This document shows positions 1-7,557 of a stretch of DNA of 64,000 bases, in pieces. The first letter of the stretch is position 1, and each line of letters opens with the position of its first letter. Location: the NCBI GenBank assembly GCA_044070495.1, contig JBIPSI010000006.1:1-64000 (forward strand). The letters run 5' to 3'. The notes beneath the pieces are model-generated. The model did not search any database. It was not told where the DNA came from and saw nothing but the letters and a program-made list of their open reading frames with translations. A program made the translations under genes and the position numbers. Source of the DNA: Spirulina sp. Lineage in GTDB: Bacteria > Cyanobacteriota > Cyanobacteriia > Phormidesmidales > Phormidesmidaceae.

Positions 1-120
1 ACGGTTGACCCTGAACCTTGTTTTGCCTCTAAAAAGGCAGAAGCCCGATATTATGACCAAATCTGGTTCTCTAGGATCCAATCCATGCGCTGTCAGCTAC
101 CCCCTGTGGAGGCGGCATAA
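1..120 (+). CDS. 3' end of an ORF entering from the left edge (possibly a transposase C-terminus)
   Basis: Frame 1 is open from base 1 to TAA at 118-120 (TVDPEPCFASKKAEARYYDQIWFSRIQSMRCQLPPVEAA*). It is followed ~20 nt later by a 5'-truncated gene remnant. Identity uncertain. Confidence 0.3.
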   Translation, partial: TVDPEPCFASKKAEARYYDQIWFSRIQSMRCQLPPVEAA

Positions 121-140
121 AGATGTGTCAGGCAGTCAGG

Positions 141-245
141 CTTCAGCCACGATCATGCGAGTACATTCATAGGCTGCGTATCCAAGGTCTGAGCGATCAC
201 TCTCCTATCATGGCGGATTTCGCACCACCGGAGAAAGACACCTAA
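141..245 (+). pseudogene. C-terminal remnant of an exonuclease/endonuclease/phosphatase (EEP) family gene
   Basis: Translates LQPRSCEYIHRLRIQGLSDHSPIMADFAPPEKDT*, which contains the SDHxP motif typical of EEP C-termini. The frame is closed upstream by TAG at 72-74. Confidence 0.55.
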
Positions 246-345
246 CTACGTATTGCATCGAAAGCGCTAGATGGATCACGGGCCTATTCATGACTGTTCC
301 ACGGCCTTGGCCTAGAGGTTTGAGATAGGGAACGAGTCGTTGGGT
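240..345 (+). repeat. attC-like site 1 (degenerate)
   Basis: ACCTAAC (RYYYAAC) at 240-246 overlaps the upstream stop codon; GTTGGGT (GTTRRRY) at 339-345. Internal symmetry is weak. Confidence 0.35.
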
Positions 346-435
346 GCATAATTGATCACATCCCTCTGCTCAGGTTGTGTGCAGAGGAATGATGGCGTTG
401 TCTACTAAACGCAAGCTTGACGGAGGATTAGTGCC

Positions 436-696
436 GTGACGATCTCGTTAGACTTACCATCAGAGCTAGAGAATGAGCTTTCTGCTGAGGCATCCCAGCT
501 TAAATTGCCTCTGTCAGAGTATATTCTTCGCGTTCTCTCCTTTCGCCCTTTTCTGCAAAATCCTCCCAAAACAGGGGTGGAGCTAGTTGCCTACTGGGAA
601 AGCGTCGGGGTTATCAACTCTCGGCCTGATATTGCTGATAGCCAAGAGCACGCCCGCCGATTGCGCGACCAAGCTGAACATCGTGAGCGAGCCTAG
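436..696 (+). CDS. putative antitoxin (small protein upstream of PIN toxin)
   Basis: 86 aa with an RHH-like N-terminus (MTISLDLPSELENELSAEA); ends 7 nt before a PIN gene. Confidence 0.7.
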   Translation: MTISLDLPSELENELSAEASQLKLPLSEYILRVLSFRPFLQNPPKTGVELVAYWESVGVINSRPDIADSQEHARRLRDQAEHRERA

Positions 697-703
697 GCAG
701 CGA

Positions 704-1084
704 ATGTACCTTGTTGATACTGATGTCATGATCGATATTCAGCGGGGGTATGCGCCAGCACTGGCTTGGTTTGCCTCTGTCCCAGACCTGCCAAGCATTC
801 CCGGCTTTGTGGTGATGGAATTGATTCAGGATGCTCAGAACAAGCAACAGGTCAGAAAAGTTCTACAGCTTGTAGCGCCACTAACCATCATTTGGCCGAC
901 TGAAACCGATTGCGCCCGTGCCCTATCTGACTTCACAGCCTATCATCTGTCTCACAAGGTTGGTCTGATTGATGCTTTGATTGGAGCCTGTGCTGTTGGG
1001 CGTAGTGCAACCCTCTGTACTTTCAACGTGAAGCACTACCAAGTCATCTCCGGCTTGAGCCTGGAGCAGCCCTACAGCCGCTGA
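704..1084 (+). CDS. PIN-domain VapC-like toxin
   Basis: MYLVDTDVMID...ELIQ...DALIGACA...TFNVKHY shows the PIN acidic-residue pattern. Start refined to ATG 704. Confidence 0.9.
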   Translation: MYLVDTDVMIDIQRGYAPALAWFASVPDLPSIPGFVVMELIQDAQNKQQVRKVLQLVAPLTIIWPTETDCARALSDFTAYHLSHKVGLIDALIGACAVGRSATLCTFNVKHYQVISGLSLEQPYSR

Positions 1085-1088
1085 GGCT

Positions 1089-1171
1089 ACCTAATACTTC
1101 GCTGGTGCGGACGGCACAGAGGCTATCGGCGAGAGTTCACGCTTATCTGCCGTCCAAATTCACTGTTATGC
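1089..1171 (+). repeat. attC-like site 2
   Basis: ACCTAAT at 1089-1095 just after the stop codon; perfect inner stem GGACGGCA (1109-1116) / TGCCGTCC (1148-1155); GTTATGC at 1165-1171; 83 bp. Confidence 0.55.
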
Positions 1172-1444
1172 CGCAAATCTGTGGTTAGGGCCTTCGCTAA
1201 AGTTGGGTCACTCTGGCCTAGGGCCAATGTCGATATTTTCGCCAGCGTAACCATCCACCCAGGCCCAGTATGGCGCTGACCATCGCTAGACTGCCGTACC
1301 GCCCCTGTTGAGCGTAGCGTTCGCTGGCGGTGTCTGCGATGCGATGGGGATTGGCGGCATCTACTAGGGGTGGCCAATTAGCCTTTGGCAAGGCAAGAAT
1401 TGATATTTGGTAGAATTGAGATAGTAATAGATAGATTCTGAACT

Positions 1445-1780
1445 ATGACTCTTGCGATTCTAGCGGAACCTGCTCCTTTAACTATTAATCCTGATGGTGT
1501 AGTTAAGGTTGGGGGAACGCGGGTAACCTTAGATACGGTTATCTTTGTGTTCAAGCAAGGAGCAACTGCTGAAGAAATGGTCTACCGCTATCCATCTCTA
1601 AAGCTAGGCGATGTTTATGCATCGATTGCTTTCTACCTAAATCATCAGGAGGATGTAGAAGCCTATCTCAATCAGCGACAGCAACAAGCGCAAGAAATTC
1701 GGCAAATGAATGAGGCTCGTTTCGATCCGCAGGGCTTGCGCGATAGGCTATTGGCTCGAAGAGTCGAGCAGCAAGGATGA
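1445..1780 (+). CDS. DUF433 family antitoxin
   Basis: GGTRVTLDTVI...GATAEEM...YPSL...DVYASIAFY signature; ATGA overlap with the next gene. Confidence 0.9.
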   Translation: MTLAILAEPAPLTINPDGVVKVGGTRVTLDTVIFVFKQGATAEEMVYRYPSLKLGDVYASIAFYLNHQEDVEAYLNQRQQQAQEIRQMNEARFDPQGLRDRLLARRVEQQG

Positions 1781-2127
1781 TTAAATTGCTAGCGGATGAA
1801 AATCTGGACAACACGATTATTAGGGGATTGCTGCGTCGAAATCCAGATATTGATATAGTCCGAGTTCAAGATATTGGTCTGTCAGGAGAAGATGATCCTG
1901 TTGTGCTTGAGTGGGCGGCTGTTGAAAAGCGCGTCTTGCTGACGCATGATGTGGCAACGATCACCCGCTACGCCTATGAAAGGTTGGCTAAGAATCTCGC
2001 CATGCCAGGGGTAATCGAGATTCGCACAGATGCACCTGTAGGTAGAGTCATAGAAGACATCTCCATTATTTTAGAGTGTGGTGTCGCAGAGGATTTAGAC
2101 GGCCAAGTTTATTACTTGCCTCTATGA
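1777..2127 (+). CDS. DUF5615 PIN-like toxin
   Basis: MIKLLADENL...DDPVVLEWA...RVLLTHD signature; canonical partner of DUF433. Confidence 0.9.
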   Translation: MIKLLADENLDNTIIRGLLRRNPDIDIVRVQDIGLSGEDDPVVLEWAAVEKRVLLTHDVATITRYAYERLAKNLAMPGVIEIRTDAPVGRVIEDISIILECGVAEDLDGQVYYLPL

Positions 2128-2137
2128 AGCGGCGACG

Positions 2138-2210
2138 ACATAACAATGCGATGCTCCGGGCATAGGATTATCGGGGTTATCGACGGTGTATTAGAGCCGA
2201 TTCGTTAGGC
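2138..2210 (+). repeat. attC-like site 3 (degenerate right arm)
   Basis: ACATAAC at 2138-2144, 10 nt after the stop codon; GTTAGGC at 2204-2210 (overlaps the map stop). Shares an internal AGG..TATCGG motif with site 2. Confidence 0.4.
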
Positions 2211-3068
2211 CGACCGCAGGGCCGGGGAGACCTCGATGGTAGTGCGGTCGGTGAGGATTTCGTGGCCGGTTTCGCTGACCAGGACGGTGTGTTCAAACTG
2301 GGCGGAGAGGGATCGATCCACCGTTACCACCGTCCACTGATCCTTGAGGGTGCGGGTTTGTTTCGATCCGGCGTTGAGGATGGGTTCGATGGCCAAGGTC
2401 ATGCCTGGGCGCAGGGTCATATTCGGCAGTTGGCGAGTGCGGAAGTTGAAGACCGAGGGCGCTTCGTGGAGGTTGCGGCCCACCCCGTGTCCGGTGAAAT
2501 CTTCTACCACGCTAAAGCCGTAGCTGTTGACGCAATCCTCGACGGCTCCGGCGATATCTAGCAGGGTGTTACCGGGTTTTACCTGGCCAATGCCAGCATA
2601 GAGGGCGGCTTCGGCGGCTTCCATCAAACGGCGGGCCTTGGGGGCAACTTCCCCCACCGCAATGGTGATGCAGGAGTCGCCATGGAAGCCGTTGTAGTAG
2701 GCTCCGGTGTCTACCTTTAGCAGGTCGCCCCGACGAATGATGTGGCGCTTGCGGGGAATGCCGTGCACCACTTCATCGTTAATACAAGCGCAAATCGAGG
2801 CCGGAAACCCGTGGTAGCCCTTAAAGCTAGGGGTGGCTCCCATCTCGCGGATGCGTTTTTCGGCGTGGGCATCGAGGTCGGCGGTAGACATCCCCGGCTC
2901 CACCATGGCCTCAATTTCCTTCAGCACCGTGGCCACAATCCGGGCCGACTGGCGCATGATCGCAAGGTCGGCCTCCGACTTCAGCTCCACCCCCTGCACC
3001 CGACGGCTGCGCTTGGGTAGGGTAGGGGTGGCCCCATGGCCAGGAATTAGCTTTGCCAAAAAGTTCAT
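2205..3068 (-). CDS. map: methionine aminopeptidase type I
   Basis: Motifs [23 protein letters not shown]...HEAP, AIEP and SAQFEHT. Confidence 0.97.
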   Translation of the reverse strand: MNFLAKLIPGHGATPTLPKRSRRVQGVELKSEADLAIMRQSARIVATVLKEIEAMVEPGMSTADLDAHAEKRIREMGATPSFKGYHGFPASICACINDEVVHGIPRKRHIIRRGDLLKVDTGAYYNGFHGDSCITIAVGEVAPKARRLMEAAEAALYAGIGQVKPGNTLLDIAGAVEDCVNSYGFSVVEDFTGHGVGRNLHEAPSVFNFRTRQLPNMTLRPGMTLAIEPILNAGSKQTRTLKDQWTVVTVDRSLSAQFEHTVLVSETGHEILTDRTTIEVSPALRSA

Positions 3069-3155
3069 AGCGAGAGTAGGGATGAGGTGAAAGAGGTGAT
3101 TATTGGGGGTTAGGGGCTAGATTCGGTTGAAAACAGTCCTTATTATGCTGACTTA

Positions 3156-3451
3156 GCCCTCACCCAAAGTCCCTCTCCCGTGGGGAGAGGGACTTTGGAA
3201 AAGATTTCTGGCTCCCCTCTCCTTCCTGGGCTACTACGTACACAGATCTTGCCGCTGTTAGCAACATCCTGGGCGATCCCCCTAACTCCCCCTTTGTAAG
3301 GGGGACTTTGGCTCCGGTTCCCCCCTTTTTAAGGGGGGCTAGGGGGGATCTTTCCAGAGCATGGGCTATATCTGGGACTTGTGTGTACTTAGTAGCCTCC
3401 CTGGGAGAGGGGCTGGGGGTGTAGCTTGCTTCCCGTCAGGGTGGGCGAGGG
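3156..3451. repeat. cyanobacterial REP-like double hairpin (CCCTCTCCC..GGGAGAGGG) interrupted by two insertions
   Basis: Matches the intact copy at 52728-52821 once 3229-3397 and 3422-3446 are removed. Confidence 0.75.
3229..3397. mobile_element. MITE, 169 bp
   Basis: TIRs GGCTACTACGTACACA / TGTGTACTTAGTAGCC (15/16 match); flanks TTCCTG / TCCCTG (imperfect 6-bp duplication); internal C-run/G-run hairpins. Confidence 0.75.
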
Positions 3452-3504
3452 AAGCTTATTTTCTGGAGAGTTTTCTTAGCCTTGGGGTTCAGGCCAACCC
3501 TTTC

Positions 3505-4287
3505 CTAGTTTAAGGGCACGGCAGCAGAACGCAAATCCAGCTTCAGCGTTTGCCCGACCTCGGGCTGCATCACCTGGGTACCAAAGCCCTTGGCTTTTAG
3601 GGCAGATTGCAGTGCATCAGCGCCGCCAATCGCCTTCAGCAGGGAGATGAGGAAGCCGCTGTACTGCACTTCTCCGGCATCGGCGGTGGGCAGAATCACC
3701 TGGGGTTGCAGCCATTCTGTGAGTTCTAGGGCACCCTTTTGACCGCGAATAATGGGGCCAACCAGGGGCAGGGCTAAGTCCAGCACGGGGGTGATGACCA
3801 CATCAATGGGGCCTTCGTTTTTGAGACTGGGGGCGTGGAAACCGTGGGGTTCATAAAACAAGGAGTGCCCCGTGGCGGCATCGCGCAGAATGTAGCCATT
3901 TTCGACGGTGGTGGGGCCAATGGGGGAACCGGGCACGGCCTGAATGGTGACGCTATCCGCCAGGGTAAAGCGCTCTCCGTGGGCGAGGGCCGTCACCTGG
4001 GTGAAGCCGAGGGACTGGGCCACCTTGGCGGCACTGGCGGAACCCACCACGGGAATCAACTTATCCAGCGCCTTTAGCGTCGGCGGATGGGCGTGATCCT
4101 CTAGCCCTTGGCTGAGCAAAATTAGGTCAATATTTTCCGGCAGAGATCGCGGCTGGGGATGTTCGCCTTTGAAGAGCCACGCCTGTTGGCCAAATACCAA
4201 ATCTCCCACCAGCCAGGGGTCGATGAGAATGCGCCGACCGCCCAATTCAATCAGCCAGGAGTTGCTATCGAGCCAGGTTGCATCCAT
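3505..4287 (-). CDS. MBL-fold metallo-hydrolase
   Basis: MDATWLDSNSWLIE...ILIDPWLVG...LLSQGLEDHAH...ENGY...YEPHG. Start refined to ATG 4287. Confidence 0.85.
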   Translation of the reverse strand: MDATWLDSNSWLIELGGRRILIDPWLVGDLVFGQQAWLFKGEHPQPRSLPENIDLILLSQGLEDHAHPPTLKALDKLIPVVGSASAAKVAQSLGFTQVTALAHGERFTLADSVTIQAVPGSPIGPTTVENGYILRDAATGHSLFYEPHGFHAPSLKNEGPIDVVITPVLDLALPLVGPIIRGQKGALELTEWLQPQVILPTADAGEVQYSGFLISLLKAIGGADALQSALKAKGFGTQVMQPEVGQTLKLDLRSAAVPLN

Positions 4288-4403
4288 TGCCGTTGCCCAC
4301 CGTTGATGAAAGACAGCTCCATTGTAACTTTCTTGTAAATAAATGTTACGGCAGCTCTCATCCACCGCTGGCCCCTGGATTGTGCTGACGGACACGCCAC
4401 GGA

Positions 4404-5669
4404 CTAGAACAGGGGCACGGTAGCATCGATGGTGATGCCCAGAATCGTGTCGCCAAAGCGAATGCGGGGGTCGGAGGAACGGCCAAAGCTCCAGCCGCCG
4501 TAGAGGCTGAGTCTGACCCGTGGAGTAATGCTGTAGACCACTTGCCCCAGCAGTTGTTGGATGGTGTCGTAGCGATCTTGGGTGGTGTAGTCAATCAGGT
4601 TCAACTGGTAGCTCAGCCCGGTATGCCATTGGGAGGATGGGGTATAGCCGAGGTAGACCCCCGCCGTTTGGCCCAGGCGGCTAAAATCTGTGACCACAAT
4701 GCCGCTAGCGGTTTGGGATCGCGACCGGGCATCGTTCCACTGCACCTGGTAAAAGCTGTCGAGCACTAGGTTAGGGGCTAGGGGATCCCGTCGTCCTAGG
4801 GTAAGGGCTACAGCTCGATTATCGAAGAAGCGAAAGCGAGATCCGCCAGCCCGCAGTAGTTCTTGGTAGGTCGCTCCCACCTGAATGTAGGATCGGGGCG
4901 AGAGTCCTTGGCGCAGGGCCAGACGCACGCGCCAGTCGTCGTAGTTAATGCTGGGCTGGCTGGTGTAGCGCTGAAGCCCGGCATCCAGGCTGCCAATCAG
5001 CACGGTTTCGGGGCCAAGGCTGGGGTAGGCCGCTAGGGTTACAGCGGGACGATAGAAGGTATCGCCAGTCAGGCCGCCCACATCATTGACCACCAGCAGC
5101 ACGTTATCGCTATTGACCAAGGAAAAGCGGGCGGTTAGAAAGGCAACCTTGGGCGGGGCCGTGGCAACGGGGAGATCGGGCTGCTCCCGAATGCGTAAAA
5201 TTCCCAGTTCAGGATCCTCTAGGGGATTGCGTACCCGAATCACGCCGAGTTCAGGATCCTGAAACAGGTCTAGATCCTCCGAGGTAAGGTCTGGTGTATC
5301 AAAATCCGTTGGTTCAGCATCAGCCTCTGGTTCAGGATTGGCCCCTGCTTCAGGATTAACCTCTGACTCAGGATCGGCCTCAGCCTCGGAGATTGGGTCG
5401 CTGAGGGTGACCTCTGCCCCATCTTCTACGTCTGCTAAGTCAGATTTATATGCTAAGTCGGATTTGTCTATTAATAATATGGGTTCTTTCAGGAGGGGTG
5501 GTGTGGAAGGAAAGGCCGCTGAAGGCGGTGTAGCTGGAGCTAGGGGACGAGCCACGATCTCCGACTCCTCACCATTGGCCCATGCTGTGGATCCACACAC
5601 CATCCATCCACCAAGACCTAGCAGGGTGAGGGGTAGAACAAACCATCGTGGTCTTGGGACAAACACCAT
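4404..5669 (-). CDS. putative outer-membrane beta-barrel protein
   Basis: Signal peptide (…STAWA), acidic/Pro linker, repeated DPELG motif, alternating Tyr/Gly-rich beta-strands and a C-terminal aromatic residue (…IDATVPLF). Confidence 0.65.
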   Translation of the reverse strand: MVFVPRPRWFVLPLTLLGLGGWMVCGSTAWANGEESEIVARPLAPATPPSAAFPSTPPLLKEPILLIDKSDLAYKSDLADVEDGAEVTLSDPISEAEADPESEVNPEAGANPEPEADAEPTDFDTPDLTSEDLDLFQDPELGVIRVRNPLEDPELGILRIREQPDLPVATAPPKVAFLTARFSLVNSDNVLLVVNDVGGLTGDTFYRPAVTLAAYPSLGPETVLIGSLDAGLQRYTSQPSINYDDWRVRLALRQGLSPRSYIQVGATYQELLRAGGSRFRFFDNRAVALTLGRRDPLAPNLVLDSFYQVQWNDARSRSQTASGIVVTDFSRLGQTAGVYLGYTPSSQWHTGLSYQLNLIDYTTQDRYDTIQQLLGQVVYSITPRVRLSLYGGWSFGRSSDPRIRFGDTILGITIDATVPLF

Positions 5670-5903
5670 CGCATCTGAGGAGTGGACGCACTTGTCCGTA
5701 GAATCACTGTTTAGTCTCAGTATTCCTAACCAGAAAGGCCTAACTTTATCAAAGTTTTATGAACTTCAGTGGGAATTTGATAAACCCACTTTCCGGTTCT
5801 CTGAAGGCCCACCTACTATAGAAACTAATCAGGCCAACTTAGTTCCCCCGATTCCATCGGTTCTGGGATATTGTTTTTGCCTCTGCCCCTGGGGATCTTG
5901 CTC

Positions 5904-5946
5904 CCAGCGTCACTAAATTCCAGCGCTACTCAGTTCCAGCGTCACT
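5904..5946. repeat. three direct repeats CCAGCG(TC/CT)ACT, 16-bp period
   Basis: Copies at 5904, 5920 and 5936 in the divergent intergenic region. Confidence 0.7.
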
Positions 5947-6035
5947 TTTTTGGGCTGATCGCGGCTTCCCTTGCGGGTTCCCTCCATCCTGTCGCCGCAT
6001 CGGTATTTCCCCTCGCACTCGCCATGGGTTGTTCT

Positions 6036-7121
6036 ATGTTTGGTCGATTCACGGCTTGGCCAGCTTTGGTTGCATCCCTGTGGGGGTCAGCCGTTTTTGT
6101 TACCCCAGCCTGGGCCGAGGTACCCTTTCGTTGGGCTGAGGTGCAGGCTGTGGTTAACCAAGTGGAAATGCAGTCTGCCGATGGCTCCCGGCGATGGGCC
6201 GTTCCAGACAGTTGCCTGTGTCCTGGCGATACCCTCAGCACCCAGGGCGTTTCCCAGGCCGAACTTCGCCTGAACGATGGATCCTTAGTACGGGTGGGTG
6301 AACAGGCTGCATTACAGGTGCGTCAAGGCACCCGTACCCTGCGCCTCCTCCAGGGAACCACCCTCATCTTCGCGCAACCCAATCAAGGCCGTACTACCAT
6401 CGAAACGCCCAACGCCCTCACAGGGCTAGATCACACCGCTGTGGTGGTGCGCTACGTGCCCTCCCGTGACCTCACCCTGGTGATGGCCCTCGCCAACGCC
6501 GAGACTGGCCCCATCTCCATTACCCTCAAGGCCAGTGGGCAGGAGGGGGTGCTCTACGCCGGACAGATGGCCTTAGTCAGCGCGGAAGGGCTGGAAATTA
6601 TCGAGTTTGACCTGCTGGAGTTTTACCGCACTAGCCGCCTGGTGATGGGGCTTGCCCTAGATGGTTCAACCCCAGTGGGCGGTTCTACGACCCAGATTCC
6701 CGATCCAGATCCTGTAGCCCTGCTGCGTTCCCAACTGCTGAGTGCGGTGGTTCAGCAAGCTCCCTTCGCCAATAGCACCATCCTCAACCCCAGCCTCATT
6801 AACGATTTATCAGGCGTTTCTGACTTAACAGATGCCAGCCAGGAGGCTTTACAGCCTATCCCCCTCAATCAATCGACCAGTCCAGCCCAGTCGCCTAGCA
6901 GCTTGCCTGCTGGGGTCGTTGCGCCACTGCCCGATTTGCCCGCCCCGCCAGAGAATACCGAACCCTCCGTTCCCGCACCACCAGCGGAACCACCGATCTC
7001 TGCCGACCCACTTCCCACCACCCCGACCCCAGTCCCCTCCGCTGATCCACCGTCTGCCGAGCCAGGCCCCACGGGTGCCCCGGCCCCCACCCCGGACGGA
7101 TTGCCAAACGCCACGCCCTAG
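6036..7121 (+). CDS. FecR-domain protein with Pro-rich C-terminus
   Basis: Signal peptide (…TPAWA), then GDTLST...AELRLNDGSLVRVGE...IETPNA (FecR-like). Start is ATG 6036 or 6024. Confidence 0.8.
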   Translation: MFGRFTAWPALVASLWGSAVFVTPAWAEVPFRWAEVQAVVNQVEMQSADGSRRWAVPDSCLCPGDTLSTQGVSQAELRLNDGSLVRVGEQAALQVRQGTRTLRLLQGTTLIFAQPNQGRTTIETPNALTGLDHTAVVVRYVPSRDLTLVMALANAETGPISITLKASGQEGVLYAGQMALVSAEGLEIIEFDLLEFYRTSRLVMGLALDGSTPVGGSTTQIPDPDPVALLRSQLLSAVVQQAPFANSTILNPSLINDLSGVSDLTDASQEALQPIPLNQSTSPAQSPSSLPAGVVAPLPDLPAPPENTEPSVPAPPAEPPISADPLPTTPTPVPSADPPSAEPGPTGAPAPTPDGLPNATP

Positions 7122-7196
7122 GGAGCAGGATCTCAACACCAATCACCCATGGCTCTGACGTAGCCCCCCAAGGATAAACACCTATTTTCTAGGGCA

Positions 7197-7347
7197 AATC
7201 CGAGTCAGAACACCCCGATTCCCAAGCAGGAAGACCGTAGGGGCGGAACCTCCTCGTTCGCTGATATTTATTGGGGAAGCACGCAAGCCGGAGTTAGCAT
7301 CACCCGCTCCTAGAACGAGACGATCTCAGGATGAGCTGAGACAGATT
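7197..7347. repeat. GTAG-type REP/REPIN-like dispersed repeat, copy 1
   Basis: 7197-7246 is 40/50 identical to 13881-13930; GTAGGGGCGG (7237-7246) pairs imperfectly with CCGCTCCTAG (7304-7313). Confidence 0.55.
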
Positions 7348-7557
7348 GAGGCTAAGTAGGTTAAGGTGACTACGGAGAAACCGTAGAAATACGGATTCAC
7401 TTTGTGAAGTAACATTAAACTTATGGACTCTTGTTAAAGTTTTAACGGAAAAATCATTTCAGACTTGGAGGTCTAAAACAGATTGACTTCAGGGGTACCG
7501 TAGATCCACTGGCTACTTTTTGGTTTGAGTTAGGACGCCGTAATTCGCCGTAGCGCC

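Noticed and set aside
1123..1377. 84-aa minus-strand ORF and an inverted repeat (1240-1247 / 1322-1329) between the TA pairs
   Set aside because: No protein-like features, and the ORF overlaps the attC-like site. The inverted repeat lacks core motifs and could be chance.
4333..4347. NtcA site upstream of the MBL hydrolase
   Set aside because: Spacing is GTA-N9-TAC, not N8.
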